DNA of 64,000 bases from Candidatus Latescibacterota bacterium. GTDB lineage: Bacteria; Latescibacterota; UBA2968; UBA8231. Below the pieces are notes generated by a model that ran no database searches, was not told the DNA's origin, and worked only from the letters and a program-made list of their open reading frames with translations. Location: positions 2,272,001 through 2,336,000 of the forward strand of contig CBDETY010000003.1 of NCBI GenBank assembly GCA_965243025.1, given 5' to 3'. The stretch's first letter is position 1; each line of letters opens with the position of its first letter. The translations under genes were made by a program, and so were the position numbers. Positions 1 to 8,101 of this stretch are shown piece by piece.

Positions 1-591
1 GTAGCTGGACAATACCGCCAGTACTTCCCGCTCGCTGAGGGATTGAAACATTGTGTCAATTGCTTCAGGGGTGAAGGTGGCATACCTACATTCGGGACCA
101 CTGCACCGGCAGCCAAGGGAGGTATCTTGGGGCACGAAAGCCCGTATCATTGGACCTTGTTTCGCTCGTGCCTCCACTGTGGAAGCTGGATAAGCCGATC
201 TATCCACAACACCCAACCCGGAAAGGTTGGCAAGGTCGATTACTCTCGTGCCGTCTTCGTAGTGTTCGGAAATCACTTCAAATTCCGCTGATAATCCGCG
301 AAGGACGCCAGAACTAACGAGGGTAAGGGTATCTCTTGCCTCTGAGGTTTCAGGCAGTACAGCCTCCATTTTCAAGCTTTCCGGTCCGTCTCTGAGAATC
401 AGCCCGGCACCGGTACGGGCAAGGGGTCTGTCCCGCTGATGTTGACGGTTCAAAACAACATCGCTACAGAGAAGGGAGCCGGGAGCGAACCTTTCAGGCT
501 GACCACCAACAACAGCAATGTCGCCGTAGTTGATGACTGTACCGAGAAGTCTTTTCCCGTCTGCCCTTATCTCTGTAAAACGTGTTTCCAT
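1..591 (-). CDS. HK97-family prohead (maturation) protease with C-terminal extension; runs off the left edge
   Basis: Not in the ORF track; translated by hand from ATG 591, immediately after the capsid stop: METRFTEIRADGKRLLGTVINYGD...ERFAPGS...LNRQHQRDRPLARTG...LPETSEARD...GVLRGLSAEF...GVVDRSAYPASTVEAR. His and GLS-Ser positions match the S78 protease pattern; frame stays open to position 1. Confidence 0.85.
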   Translation of the reverse strand, partial: METRFTEIRADGKRLLGTVINYGDIAVVGGQPERFAPGSLLCSDVVLNRQHQRDRPLARTGAGLILRDGPESLKMEAVLPETSEARDTLTLVSSGVLRGLSAEFEVISEHYEDGTRVIDLANLSGLGVVDRSAYPASTVEARAKQGPMIRAFVPQDTSLGCRCSGPECRYATFTPEAIDTMFQSLSEREVLAVLSSY

Positions 592-1812
592 CTATGCGGC
601 AACCTGAAATTTCAACAGCTCCCAACCGTCTGCCCTTGGCACGTCGAAGGCAAACAGAACGTGCAAGGTGAGCCCGACAATTCCCTTGCTGGCATCGGTG
701 TACGGATCGCGGATCAATCGCGGAGCCTGCCAGATTGGAGCGACGGCGGAGCCCATCTTTCGACAGGCAAGGGCAAGCTGGATCTTGCTGGCTACGTCTG
801 GAACATGGGCAGAAACCCGGCAACCTCCCGAGATCCGCTTGACGTGTTCCGCTGCGGTTGTGTCGCTGTTGGTTCCCCCGAACTTGCTTGACATATGAGC
901 GTTTGTCTTGGCGCCAATCAGCAACTTGATATCGCCGTTTTCGAGTGCGTACTTGCCGTCTACACTGTCGGCAATGGCTGCGATATAGTCCGACCTTCCT
1001 GCCTCTGCGGTTGGATCAGATGGAGCCGTAAGGGGTCCAGAGGACGAATCGAAGAATCCCGACACGTGTTGATCTGTCCCTTCTCCCGCGAGGATTTCCT
1101 TATCCATCTCTTGCGCGATTGCCCCGGAAAGGTCGTCTCGAAGGGCAGCCTCCATACCCTGAAATACTGCCGCGTCTTCGATGGCGAAGGTATACCGGGC
1201 AGTCATTCTCTTCGGAGAAAGCGTCTTCACGCTCCACGTCGCAGCCGTCGAATCGTGAGCGGCTGCCTTCTCTTTCAATGCGGGAGTGTTCCCGCCAGTG
1301 AGTACGGGATACTGACGCTCGCCAACACCAACAGACGGAAACCGAACGCCAGCCCACAGTGCCGCGCCTTTGGCGAACACCCTTGAAAGAATCGGGTCTT
1401 GAGCGGCTGGCACATCGGCGGGAGCGGTTGTGTTGGCATCGGCTCGCCGCTCTACCGGTGCGATAGCCTCCCACGGAACCGAGAAATCAGGCAGGTTGTG
1501 CTCTTTCTGCCATTCGTGTTCTGCTCCGTCTGCAATCCGTTCTTCCGTTGCGGCTGCCCCGAGGTACCGACGTAATTCCAGTTTCCCGGCAAGTTCCCGT
1601 TTCTCGGTTTCTTCCCGGCTGCCTTCCTCTGCCGTCTCGGTTCCGTCAAGTACGATTGCTGCCCGTACTTCGGTCTCAAGTTCCTGAAGTCGCTTTGTCA
1701 GCCCGTCGAGGGTCTGCCGTTCTTCTGTACTGAGGGATTCCTTAGCAAGTAACGAGCCTGCCTTTTCGCGGTGCTCGCTTTGTTCGAGTTGGAGTTTCTG
1801 AAGCTTTGTCAT
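592..1812 (-). CDS. HK97-fold phage major capsid protein with N-terminal coiled-coil delta domain
   Basis: 406 aa; helical N-terminus, then TLSPKRMTARYTF...LRDDLSGAIAQEMDKEILAGEG and C-terminal LIRDPYTDASKGIV typical of HK97-like capsids; lies between HNH and protease genes. Confidence 0.85.
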   Translation of the reverse strand: MTKLQKLQLEQSEHREKAGSLLAKESLSTEERQTLDGLTKRLQELETEVRAAIVLDGTETAEEGSREETEKRELAGKLELRRYLGAAATEERIADGAEHEWQKEHNLPDFSVPWEAIAPVERRADANTTAPADVPAAQDPILSRVFAKGAALWAGVRFPSVGVGERQYPVLTGGNTPALKEKAAAHDSTAATWSVKTLSPKRMTARYTFAIEDAAVFQGMEAALRDDLSGAIAQEMDKEILAGEGTDQHVSGFFDSSSGPLTAPSDPTAEAGRSDYIAAIADSVDGKYALENGDIKLLIGAKTNAHMSSKFGGTNSDTTAAEHVKRISGGCRVSAHVPDVASKIQLALACRKMGSAVAPIWQAPRLIRDPYTDASKGIVGLTLHVLFAFDVPRADGWELLKFQVAA

Positions 1813-2113
1813 TGGTTTTCTCCTTCAAGAGATTTCGTATGTATGCCTTGAAAAATTTCACCTCAAGCAACCCGTGCCGCTCGTGAATTTGGGTATGGCA
1901 CTGGCAGCAAAGGCTGACAAGGTTGGTCAGTTTGTAACCGATTTCCTCAGCAACAACCGGAGAGAGTCTCTTTCCCCTGTTGGGAAGGGGGATACGGTGA
2001 TGTACGTGCAATTTTCCACGTCGATAGCAACTCTTGCACTCGTACCCGTCTCGCTCAAGTGCCTGTTTTCGGACTCGCTGCCATCTGGCGGTTTTGTAGA
2101 GGTTAGAAATCAC
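1742..2113 (-). CDS. Packaging-associated HNH endonuclease (HK97 gp74-like)
   Basis: YKTARWQRVRKQALERDGYECKSC...HVHHRIP...NLVSLCCQCHTQIH; adjacent to terminase. Confidence 0.85.
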   Translation of the reverse strand: MISNLYKTARWQRVRKQALERDGYECKSCYRRGKLHVHHRIPLPNRGKRLSPVVAEEIGYKLTNLVSLCCQCHTQIHERHGLLEVKFFKAYIRNLLKEKTNDKASETPTRTKRAPRKGRLVTC

Positions 2114-2144
2114 GGGTTTCCCTATCTCCTATTTTTGGAGAATC

Positions 2145-3743
2145 CTACACCGCAGCCGCTCGCAAGGGTCTCCGCAGACGGGTTTTCGTCATCAGAGGTT
2201 CAGCGATACCCGCAGCAATCACGGCGGCTGACAGGAGGTCGATACGGCCCCTTGACGTTGATTTATCGAGACCGGGGTTTCCGTTGCCATCTCTTCGAAT
2301 CGCGGAATTGGAAACCGCCGTTGCGAAACTCAACGATTCCCTCAGCTTCAATTTTTTGCCGATGAAAAGGCGTTGTAAGGCTCGAACATCTCTCCCGCCA
2401 TCCTTCCCGGCACCAACACGGCGAAACTCGTATGGCCATCGAAGTTCCGCATTTTCCAGGAAATCCTTTACCTCAGCATCCTTGTAGCCATCCGCAGCCA
2501 GCCGATACACGGTACAACCCTTCAGATCGGCAGCCACGTCTCCAAGAAACTGGGATACTGGCGTAACCCTTCCCGGATAGGTGCAAAGTTCTCCCCCTTG
2601 AATCATCATATCATATCTGGCGCCATCTCGTTTCCCTCGCTCGATGGGAGAAGGATTGTCCCCGAAAGCCATCCACGTTTCGCACCTTCCCGTTGCTGGC
2701 CATATGGCGAACACGGCACTTGCCGCCGTCGCTTCCCCCATATCCAACCCAAGGCACACCACACCTTGACGGGGAGGAAGTTCGTCAACCAGACACCCCC
2801 GATAGTCTGAAAGCGTGAAGATCATTTCGCGGGTTGGCGATTGGGGGAGGTTTAAATCGAAGGCGAGGAAGGTTGATCTATCCGAAGGGGTAGCCTCGAC
2901 TCTGGCTGCTTCGTCTCGCATCCATTCAGCGGATTTGATCCCGCAAGGGATTCCAGGGTTACCGGCTGCCCATACCTCGGGACTGTGTATGTCAACGTCC
3001 TCCCCGTCTGGCGCGTACAAGTGTACGGCGGTTGTAGGGAGGTTCTGACGCTCAAGCAGCTCCTCAAGGAGTGGAGACTCCCCCCGGATAGATAGCGCAA
3101 GGAAACGCCCGTTGCGGGCGCTTGTGGCGGTTCTGAGTCCCGCGATCAATTCACGGTCTCGCTCCGTCATCAAACCCAATTCGTCAGCAATCGAAAAATC
3201 GAATCCGCTGGAATGTCCCGCTGATTTGTCGGCACTCAGAAACTCCGCCGTCGATCCGTTCTCCGTGTTTACCCATCCCGGAGCGGGAGACTTGCGGAAA
3301 TCCAGATCATCGAGGTTCGAAGCCTTCGCGATCTCTTCCATTTGCCGCAGAAGCTCAGCCGCTTTCTCTCGTGTTACCGAGACCGTACCGATCCGCAGCC
3401 CCGCCCGTTTCAAGGGTCCCGCGAGGAGTGCCAGACATAGCACCGCGACAATTGCAGACTTGGCGTTTTTTCGTCCGAGACAGAGAAGGGATTCCCGGTG
3501 TGTCAGTGCATCGCGTATGAAGCTGATACCGTACTCGGGCAACTCCATAGGCTGCCCCGCGAGAGGATGGCCAGGGGGTACCTTCAGGCAATCTCGCGAC
3601 CATTCCGCTACGGCTTGGGCAGGGTCTGCCGGTGTTGGCGGTAAAGGTTGTGCCTTCTGTTTCTTCAGCTTCTTACGAGCACGGCACTTGCGTTGTCGTT
3701 CTCTCGCGGCTAACCGTTCTGCTGTCTTGTCTTTGTATGGCAT
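2145..3743 (-). CDS. Terminase large subunit (HK97/Terminase_1-like) with basic N-terminal extension
   Basis: Walker A-like GRKNAKS, Walker B FSIADELG, nuclease GLD motif (CLGLDMG) and C-terminal RGRIDLLSAAVIA. Confidence 0.9.
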   Translation of the reverse strand: MPYKDKTAERLAARERQRKCRARKKLKKQKAQPLPPTPADPAQAVAEWSRDCLKVPPGHPLAGQPMELPEYGISFIRDALTHRESLLCLGRKNAKSAIVAVLCLALLAGPLKRAGLRIGTVSVTREKAAELLRQMEEIAKASNLDDLDFRKSPAPGWVNTENGSTAEFLSADKSAGHSSGFDFSIADELGLMTERDRELIAGLRTATSARNGRFLALSIRGESPLLEELLERQNLPTTAVHLYAPDGEDVDIHSPEVWAAGNPGIPCGIKSAEWMRDEAARVEATPSDRSTFLAFDLNLPQSPTREMIFTLSDYRGCLVDELPPRQGVVCLGLDMGEATAASAVFAIWPATGRCETWMAFGDNPSPIERGKRDGARYDMMIQGGELCTYPGRVTPVSQFLGDVAADLKGCTVYRLAADGYKDAEVKDFLENAELRWPYEFRRVGAGKDGGRDVRALQRLFIGKKLKLRESLSFATAVSNSAIRRDGNGNPGLDKSTSRGRIDLLSAAVIAAGIAEPLMTKTRLRRPLRAAAV

Positions 3744-3878
3744 AAGTCAATTTGGCACGTCACACCCGGTCACGGCGTGACACCATTCGAGCACAGATCA
3801 GGAACCCCCACGGTCCCTGGTCCCTCTTTTCCAATTTGCTACAGGGTCCCGAAGGGGTCGTACTGTCATGTTGACATC

Positions 3879-4535
3879 TATCTGCGAGATTCTCGAAGAT
3901 GGAATTGGGCAGGATCGCTTAGGGATTGGGTATCCAGCCTGCGCTTGAATGCCACTGCAAAGAATCTCAATCATCAGGGGAAGTGCCGAGACGAAGTTTC
4001 TCGCAAATCCCCTCTCGAAAACAACTATCCACGACTATTGGAGAGGAGGGACATTGCCTCTCTGGATTGCTGTTTCTGACGCTTTTGTACCGTCGCCTAT
4101 TACCATATACGCGCACGATTAAAGTACTACCATATATTTTCTGTATCTTGTTCATTGTCAATGAGTTTTTCATTGTCAACGTAACCTAAGTACTTAAATA
4201 ACTACCTATATGTACAACGCATCTTTCCGTACTACCCCCCAAGTACGGACGAGCGGTACCCGACAACCGCGCGCGTACGCGTGTGCGCGGTAATGGTAAT
4301 AGGCGAGGGCAAAATACGGGGCAACGCTCCACTTTTCGGGGGAGCCTTGTTCGACAGTACCTGAAACTTGCCCGATTCGGGGCAAAAACAGCTCTACAAT
4401 CGCTTATCGCCTTCATACCCTACTTCCGACATCCTACCACATTTGAGCACCGTTACAAGCCCTCAAATTTGCCCCGATTCGGGCAAATGATTTTTGGCAG
4501 GTTTTGAGATTTTATCTGCGAGATTCTCGCAGATA
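3879..4535. repeat. Non-coding region with nested palindromes and inverted repeats (candidate cos/ori/regulatory hub)
   Basis: TATCTGCGAGATTCTCG(A/C)AGAT at 3879 and 4513; exact 14-bp inverted repeat TCGCCTATTACCAT 4093-4106 / 4293-4306; TAAGTACTTA 4187-4196; related palindromes at 4368-4385 and 4468-4487. Confidence 0.7.
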
Positions 4536-4719
4536 GCCAGCCCGGTACCGTCTGTTTACCGATTCTCCAAAAGTAGTAGACAGGAAAAAACATTTTTCAA
4601 GCCCGGTTCCTCTACCCGGCTGTGGCAACCGGGCAAGGGAAGCTGGCGGATTACCCTTCGGGGCTGCCAGCTTCCCAACTACCTCCAAGATTGCCCCGGA
4701 AAGCCCTCAAATCTCGCAT

Positions 4720-5418
4720 ATGGCAGCCAAACGAACCGCACCCCATACGCACACCCTCGAATACACTGGCGATTACGTAGAGTGCCGAGATTGCCCCTTT
4801 TTGCTGCACCTTGGGGAGATCGGAATACCGGAGCGGTTCGAGGTTATGTCTTGGCCAAACGAAGAAATGGCGAGACTTCGAGAAGCGGAGTCGAGATACT
4901 GGGGAAGACCCTTCAGTTATCGGATTTCCGGGATGGACGAATACGGAAAGCCCGTCAACTCTGAACAGGGAACCGAAGCGAAAGAGGAAGAGCGGGAAGG
5001 ATTTCCAGACCGTCCACCCGGCAGAATTGGAAAATGGCGGTTGTTGAAGTGCCGAACCTTTCACACTTGCAGCATTTGCGAAGGGGAGATTTTCGAGGGG
5101 ACCTTGTGCTATCGGACGGCGGGAACAACCGGGGGAAGAGGTGGGAAATACCGCAAGCGGTATGCCTGTCTCGATTGCACTGACGAAATCACACCGCAAG
5201 CGGCAGAGCGGGAAACGGATCCTGACGTAATAGAGCGGCTACGGAAGGCACTGGCGGAAGGCAAGGGAGAGGCTCGAAGGCTCAAACTGCCTCGGCCCTG
5301 CCAGCTATGCGGAATGATCCTGCACCGGGGACAGAATGGGTTACGATGGCGTACCGCGGCGTACGAGAATGGGAAGCGTCGAGGGTTGGACCTATTCGTG
5401 CATCCCGAGTGCTCGTAA
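4720..5418 (+). CDS. Hypothetical multi-zinc-finger protein
   Basis: 232 aa with HTH...CRDC, CSIC...CLDC and CQLC...HPEC ligand pairs. Confidence 0.6.
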   Translation: MAAKRTAPHTHTLEYTGDYVECRDCPFLLHLGEIGIPERFEVMSWPNEEMARLREAESRYWGRPFSYRISGMDEYGKPVNSEQGTEAKEEEREGFPDRPPGRIGKWRLLKCRTFHTCSICEGEIFEGTLCYRTAGTTGGRGGKYRKRYACLDCTDEITPQAAERETDPDVIERLRKALAEGKGEARRLKLPRPCQLCGMILHRGQNGLRWRTAAYENGKRRGLDLFVHPECS

Positions 5419-5560
5419 ACTTTACCGAATTTTGTGGTTTTTTTTAACAAAAACTACCTTTTCGTAGTTTCATAACCTTCACAAAAACAATCAGTTGCGA
5501 AGCTGTTTTTTCAATGCTCTAAACCCAATAAAAACACGAGTTTATACATAGCTTGTACTT

Positions 5561-5589
5561 TTGACAGAACCAACCTAATGCCCTACCTT
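5561..5589 (+). promoter_or_regulatory. Sigma70-type promoter
   Basis: TTGACA (5561-5566), 17 nt spacer, TACCTT (5584-5589) in AT-rich DNA upstream of two small ORFs. Confidence 0.55.
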
Positions 5590-5674
5590 TATCTCTATGT
5601 CTGGTGCATTCGGCACTGGGCACGGAAACTCTCGACTACTTTGCGTAGTCGAGCAACGAAAGGATAAAGCAAAA

Positions 5675-6049
5675 ATGAGGAATTGTGTGATCTACGCAGA
5701 CGAGGCGGAGAAAGATAGGTACTTCTTCGACCGGGAACTCCACAAACAAGAGGACTTCGACATGGGATGCGTTGTCGCTGGCGTCTTCCAGCCACCGACT
5801 AACGCATCGTTTGGCGCCAAAGATGGGGTTACTCACTTGGTCATATCAGAACGTTATTACAGTGCTCATGATGTGATGAAGGGTGAGGAAATCAAACCCT
5901 TCAAGGGAAAGGGAGTTGATACCGTCGAGCTTCTTTGGATCGCAGAGGATTTCAAGCATATTTCGACACGAGAGCCCCGCCTCACTTCCGCTGAACTCCT
6001 CAAACGCACTGCCGATAATCAACCCCCAAGTTCGATACCAAAGTGGTGA
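5675..6049 (+). CDS. Hypothetical protein (element cargo); alternative start 5597
   Basis: Open frame downstream of the promoter; AAGGA upstream of ATG 5675; no family recognised. Confidence 0.5.
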   Translation: MRNCVIYADEAEKDRYFFDRELHKQEDFDMGCVVAGVFQPPTNASFGAKDGVTHLVISERYYSAHDVMKGEEIKPFKGKGVDTVELLWIAEDFKHISTREPRLTSAELLKRTADNQPPSSIPKW

Positions 6050-6073
6050 GGAACCTTTTTTTGGAGACAGTCA

Positions 6074-6259
6074 ATGAATGAATTCAAGGTAGGGGATGTT
6101 GTTCGTCTTCGTAGCGGGGGACCCAAAATGACCGTAGACACTTCTCAGCCTGGGGACATCAACCCCAATGAAATACCCACAACATGGATTGAGAGAGGAA
6201 CCGCCAAAAGAGGAAATTTTGCCCCCGAACTTCTGAAACTCGTAGACGAAGAAGACTGA
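6074..6259 (+). CDS. YodC/DUF2158 family small protein
   Basis: Signature FKVGDVVRLRSGGPKMTV...W...F.PE.L; GGAG RBS. Confidence 0.85.
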   Translation: MNEFKVGDVVRLRSGGPKMTVDTSQPGDINPNEIPTTWIERGTAKRGNFAPELLKLVDEED

Positions 6260-6275
6260 GAAACCCCGCCAAGCG

Positions 6276-6310
6276 AAAGCCCCGGAATCACTCGATTCTG
6301 GGGCTTTTTC
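6276..6310 (+). terminator. Intrinsic terminator
   Basis: AAAGCCCCGGAATC-ACTC-GATTCTGGGGCTTT followed by T-run, after the YodC stop. Confidence 0.8.
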
Positions 6311-6601
6311 ATGTATTTTCCCCAATCCTTAGCGCCACCTTTACGAGGTTGAGCACTCATGTAGGTAACTGCTCGTTTGGATTGAAGTGCTCAAATGAGC
6401 ACAAACTGGCTATTTCCATGAAAATATCGTAACCTATTGTTTTTATTGAAATTAACGAATACTTGCTATTTCCAGTAGATTCGCATGGTATCCTCAAGTA
6501 GTGTGGGAAACAGGAAAAACAGAAACCCGGAGTAGTACTCCCTTCTTGACAAACGTCTGCATTGCAGTCATATCAACAAGGAAGATCAAGGAGAGTGCCA
6601 A

Positions 6602-6967
6602 GTGGAATGGAGCAGCTTCATCGCGCCCGGCGTTGTCGGAGGGTTGCTCGGGCTTTACCTGAAGAGCATCGGCCAGCGAATCGATGACCTGAAAACTTCC
6701 ACGGCACAGCAATTCGAAGTGATAGACAAGCGGTTTGACGAGACAAGCAAGCGGTTTGACGAAACAAGCAAGCGATTTGACGAAACAAGCAGGCGACTCG
6801 ATGCCTTGCAGATCGAGGTAACCTCGCTGGGCAAGGGAGTGGCTCGAATAGAGGGACGGCTCGATCCCTACGACCGCACAACGAGCAGCCCACACTCGGT
6901 AAAAGAGGAACGGATGAAGACAGCTTCCCCCCCATCCTCCCAGGAACCGCCGGGTCAGGGCCAGTAA
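6602..6967 (+). CDS. Membrane-anchored coiled-coil protein with heptad repeats (KRFDETS x3)
   Basis: Hydrophobic N-terminus FIAPGVVGGLLGLYL, 7-aa repeats, C-terminal VARIEGRL; AAGGAG RBS; TTGACA at 6546 upstream. Confidence 0.75.
   Translation: MEWSSFIAPGVVGGLLGLYLKSIGQRIDDLKTSTAQQFEVIDKRFDETSKRFDETSKRFDETSRRLDALQIEVTSLGKGVARIEGRLDPYDRTTSSPHSVKEERMKTASPPSSQEPPGQGQ
6727..6789 (+). repeat. 21-bp tandem repeat, 3 copies (in-frame VNTR)
   Basis: CAAGCG(G/A)TTTGACGA(G/A)ACAAG at 6727, 6748 and 6769. Confidence 0.9.
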
Positions 6968-7188
6968 TGGATTGGAGCAGCTTCATCGCGCCTGGGGTTG
7001 TCGGGGCTTTGCTCGGGCTTTATTTGAAGAGCATCAGTCAGCGTATCGATGACGGAACCAAGCGACTTGACGAGATAGGCAGGCGAATCGATGCCGTGCA
7101 GACCGAAGTAACGTCCCAGGGCAAGGCTCTGGCGCGAATCGAAGGCCGGCTCGATCCATACGACCTGGAGAAGAACCGCAGCGAGTAG
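6967..7188 (+). CDS. Short paralog of the preceding coiled-coil protein
   Basis: MDWSSFIAPGVVGALLGLYLKSISQRIDD...LARIEGRLDPYD; TAATG stop/start overlap. Confidence 0.75.
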   Translation: MDWSSFIAPGVVGALLGLYLKSISQRIDDGTKRLDEIGRRIDAVQTEVTSQGKALARIEGRLDPYDLEKNRSE

Positions 7189-7214
7189 CCAATCCCCTGC
7201 GGGACACCCAAACC

Positions 7215-7250
7215 AGCCCCCGGAATCGGTCCTGTTCCGGGGGCTTTTGT
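7215..7250 (+). terminator. Intrinsic terminator between convergent genes
   Basis: AGCCCCCGGAA-loop-TTCCGGGGGCT followed by TTTGT. Confidence 0.75.
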
Positions 7251-7330
7251 ATTCCGGAAACACAACCGGAAGACAGGTACAGGGGATTCACCAAACCGCC
7301 GCCACCCGGATCCGGCCAGGGCCGAGCCTG

Positions 7331-8101
7331 CTATATCGCGGTCCAGCCGCCGTCGACGTACAGGGTCTGCCCGGTGATCAGGCCGGCCGCGTCGCTGGCG
7401 AGAAACACCGCGGCCCCGGTGACGTCCCCGGGCATGCCGACTCTTCCCATGGGAATGCGGGCGAGCAGGTCCTGCCTGATGTCGGGGTCGTCGAAAGAAG
7501 ACTGGGTCAGCGCGGTGAGGATGAAGGTGGGGCCGATGGCGTTGACGTTGATGCCGTAGGGGGCCCACTCGATGGCCAGCACCCGGGTCAGGTTGACGAT
7601 CCCGGCCTTGCTCGAGCAGTAGGCGGCGCGGTTGTAGTAACCGACGGCCCCCATGATGCTGGCGATGTTGATGATCCTGCCGCCGCCGGCATCCTTCATT
7701 CTGCGGCCCATCCGCTGCGACAGGAAGAACGGCCCCTTGAGGTTGACCCCGAGGATGCGGTCCCAGTCCTCCTCGGTGACGTCGAGGGCCGCGGCCGGCG
7801 CGTTGACCCCGGCATTGTTGACGAGGATGTCGACGCGGCCCATCTCCCCGAAGGCGGCTTCGGTGAAGGCGTCGATGCTGTCGAGGTCGGGCAGCTCGAG
7901 GGGAAGGGGCAGGGCCTTCCTGCCGGCGTCCCGCACCGACTCGCAGACCGGGTCGAGGTCCCCCATGCGCCCGGGAAGCTCGCCGAGCACGCAGTCCGCC
8001 CCCGCCGCGGCCAGGGCTCCGCCGAGGGCGCTGCCGATGCCGCCGCCGGCCCCGGTCACGACGGCGACCTTGCCGTCGAGCCGCATCGAGAGGTCGGTCA
8101 C
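7331..8101 (-). CDS. SDR oxidoreductase (gluconate 5-DH/KduD-like)
   Basis: TGAGGGIG, NNAG, YCSSK, C-terminal VDGG; GTG start overlaps the upstream stop. Confidence 0.9.
   Translation of the reverse strand: MTDLSMRLDGKVAVVTGAGGGIGSALGGALAAAGADCVLGELPGRMGDLDPVCESVRDAGRKALPLPLELPDLDSIDAFTEAAFGEMGRVDILVNNAGVNAPAAALDVTEEDWDRILGVNLKGPFFLSQRMGRRMKDAGGGRIINIASIMGAVGYYNRAAYCSSKAGIVNLTRVLAIEWAPYGINVNAIGPTFILTALTQSSFDDPDIRQDLLARIPMGRVGMPGDVTGAAVFLASDAAGLITGQTLYVDGGWTAI

Larger units (their letters stand above)
1..6490. mobile_element. Right-hand part of an integrated phage satellite/prophage-like element
   Basis: Head-packaging genes, visibly lower GC than the rest of the window, TGAGCAC repeats at 6350-6402 near the compositional boundary. 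Right end approximate; left end outside the window. Confidence 0.7.

Noticed and set aside
3777-4507. Small ORFs upstream of terL as terS
   Set aside because: No TerS-like features or clear RBS; they overlap the palindromic region.
6460-6510. Possible tRNA/tmRNA fragment as att core
   Set aside because: No T-loop (GTTCGA) or CCA-end pattern found; no RNA gene supported.
6727-6789. Short direct repeats as a possible CRISPR array
   Set aside because: No spacers; in-frame coding heptad repeat; no cas genes in the window.
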